From sequence record NC_024783.1: 44,332 bases of DNA. One strand, 5' to 3'. Within the stretch, counting starts at the first letter, position 1, and each line of letters begins with the position of its first letter. This stretch comes from Escherichia phage EK99P-1. Positions 43,136 to 44,332 of the stretch are shown here, piece after piece. Under the pieces are notes generated by a model. It saw only the letters and a program-made list of their open reading frames with translations, was not told where the DNA came from and searched no databases. A program made the position numbers and the translations under genes.

Positions 43136-44278
43136 ATGCACCCGCAAACTAAAATTACCGATGAGCAATTGATCGCAGAAATCCAGGCAGGGACTACAGT
43201 TAAAGAGATTGCGAAGAAATACGGGATTGCCCTACGCAATGTCTATATGCGTAAAGCCCGCCTGTCGAAAAAAGGCATTGGACACGGCAACGATGCCGTA
43301 ATCCGCAAGCGCGTTGCCGACGGCTTTGGGGTTAAGCGCGTATCGGCCCTGGTGCGCGGCAATGGTGAAGAGGTCATGTCGTGGGTCATCACTGAGCAGG
43401 ACAAAGAGCGCCAACTCGAAGCCATGCGCGCTGTTGTCGATGGTATGAACAGCGAAATCACACCGGCAGCGCCAGTAAAAGCCCCGCCAGTACCGATCCA
43501 GGCGCTCGACTTGCTCAACCTGTATACTGTGTCAGACTTCCACCTGGGCATGTTGGCATGGGGTGAGGAGACTGGCGAAGACTGGGATATGGCGATCGCC
43601 GAAGACCTGTTCTACCGCTGGTTTGTCGAAGCCTTCGCACGCGCCCCGGACGCAGGCACTGCCGTAATTAATATTCTCGGTGATATGGCGCACTTTGATA
43701 GCCTCGATGCTGTCACTCCGGCAAGTGGTCACATACTGGACGCTGACACCCGCTACCAGAAACTGGTCCGATACATGATTCGCATGGTGCGCAACGTAGT
43801 AGAACTGGCGCTGCAAAAACACCACAAAGTAAAACTGCTAATCGTCCAGGGAAATCATGACGAGTCGGGTATGATTTGGCTGGCGGAGATGTTCAATACT
43901 CTGTACGAGAACGAGCCGCGCGTCGATGTGGATACGTCCCCGGACGTCTACAAAATGGTGCAGCACGGCAAGACCACGCTATTCTTCCACCACGGGCACA
44001 AAGCGCGATTCGATGCTATCGAGCAGGTTATGATTTCTAAATTCAGACAGGCTTTCGGGTCCAGTGAGTACAGCTACGCGCATGTCGGTCACTTGCACCA
44101 CCAGAAGATTGTAGAATCCCGTAACATGATTGTTGAACAGCACAGGACGCTTGCCGCGAAAGACGCATATGCAAGCCGCGGCGGTTGGATGTCCGGTCGT
44201 AGTGCCAACGTCATCACATACAGCGCCAATTACGGCGAAGTGGCGCGCTTAACCATTAGCCCGGAAATGTTGAAGTAA
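43136..44278 (+). CDS. HTH-domain / calcineurin-like metallophosphoesterase fusion protein
   Basis: 380 aa. N-terminal HTH-like TVKEIAKKYGIALRNVYMRKARL. Phosphoesterase motifs DFHLG, GDMAHFD, GNHDE, HHGH, GHLHH. Confidence 0.65.
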   Translation: MHPQTKITDEQLIAEIQAGTTVKEIAKKYGIALRNVYMRKARLSKKGIGHGNDAVIRKRVADGFGVKRVSALVRGNGEEVMSWVITEQDKERQLEAMRAVVDGMNSEITPAAPVKAPPVPIQALDLLNLYTVSDFHLGMLAWGEETGEDWDMAIAEDLFYRWFVEAFARAPDAGTAVINILGDMAHFDSLDAVTPASGHILDADTRYQKLVRYMIRMVRNVVELALQKHHKVKLLIVQGNHDESGMIWLAEMFNTLYENEPRVDVDTSPDVYKMVQHGKTTLFFHHGHKARFDAIEQVMISKFRQAFGSSEYSYAHVGHLHHQKIVESRNMIVEQHRTLAAKDAYASRGGWMSGRSANVITYSANYGEVARLTISPEMLK

Positions 44279-44295
44279 CGGCAACCAGTAATCCG

Positions 44296-44326
44296 CCCAG
44301 CCTGCCGATTTGGTGGGCTTTTTTGT
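44296..44326 (+). terminator. putative terminator at window end
   Basis: Imperfect GC-rich hairpin followed by CTTTTTTG. Confidence 0.4.
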
Positions 44327-44332
44327 GCCTGT

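Noticed and set aside
1-44332. tRNA, rRNA, integrase/attachment site, toxin-antitoxin pair or canonical restriction-modification system.
   Set aside because: No cloverleaf-like conserved tRNA features were found in intergenic regions. No tyrosine or serine recombinase-like ORF. Both methyltransferases lack an adjacent endonuclease, so they are more likely orphan protective MTases.

Overview
The window reads as a complete or near-complete ~44.3 kb genome of a tailed dsDNA phage with a lambda-like siphovirus tail module, probably infecting an enterobacterial host. All calls rest on reading the sequence and ORF translations; no database search was run. Layout: (1) plus-strand packaging, head and tail module, 0.05-23.8 kb (terminase small and large subunits, portal, head morphogenesis protein, Rz/Rz1 spanins, scaffold, major capsid, connectors, major tail, G/GT chaperone, tape measure, M/L/K/I/J-like tip proteins, side tail fibre); (2) minus-strand accessory and replication module, 23.7-36.1 kb (Dam-type and C5-type methyltransferase-like genes, HAD phosphatase, SNF2 helicase, VRR-NUC, family A DNA polymerase, SSB-like and Cas4-like exonuclease-like proteins, an extremely acidic first early gene); (3) a divergent early control region at ~36.06-36.47 kb; (4) a plus-strand operon with an HTH protein, primase/helicase and small genes; (5) holin, endolysin and an HTH-metallophosphoesterase at the 3' end. 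No integrase, CI-like repressor, tRNA, rRNA or CRISPR array was seen. The strongest unexplained signals are non-genic: two copies of a 169-bp element with helically phased GCGGGACA iterons and a long hairpin (11.8 kb and 39.2 kb); a recurrent ATTGGTTGCA box at promoters; a TTGGT-N5-ACCAA palindrome just after the -10 of three promoters; and minus-strand morons in the head and tail modules. Non-coding coordinates are approximate to within a few nt.
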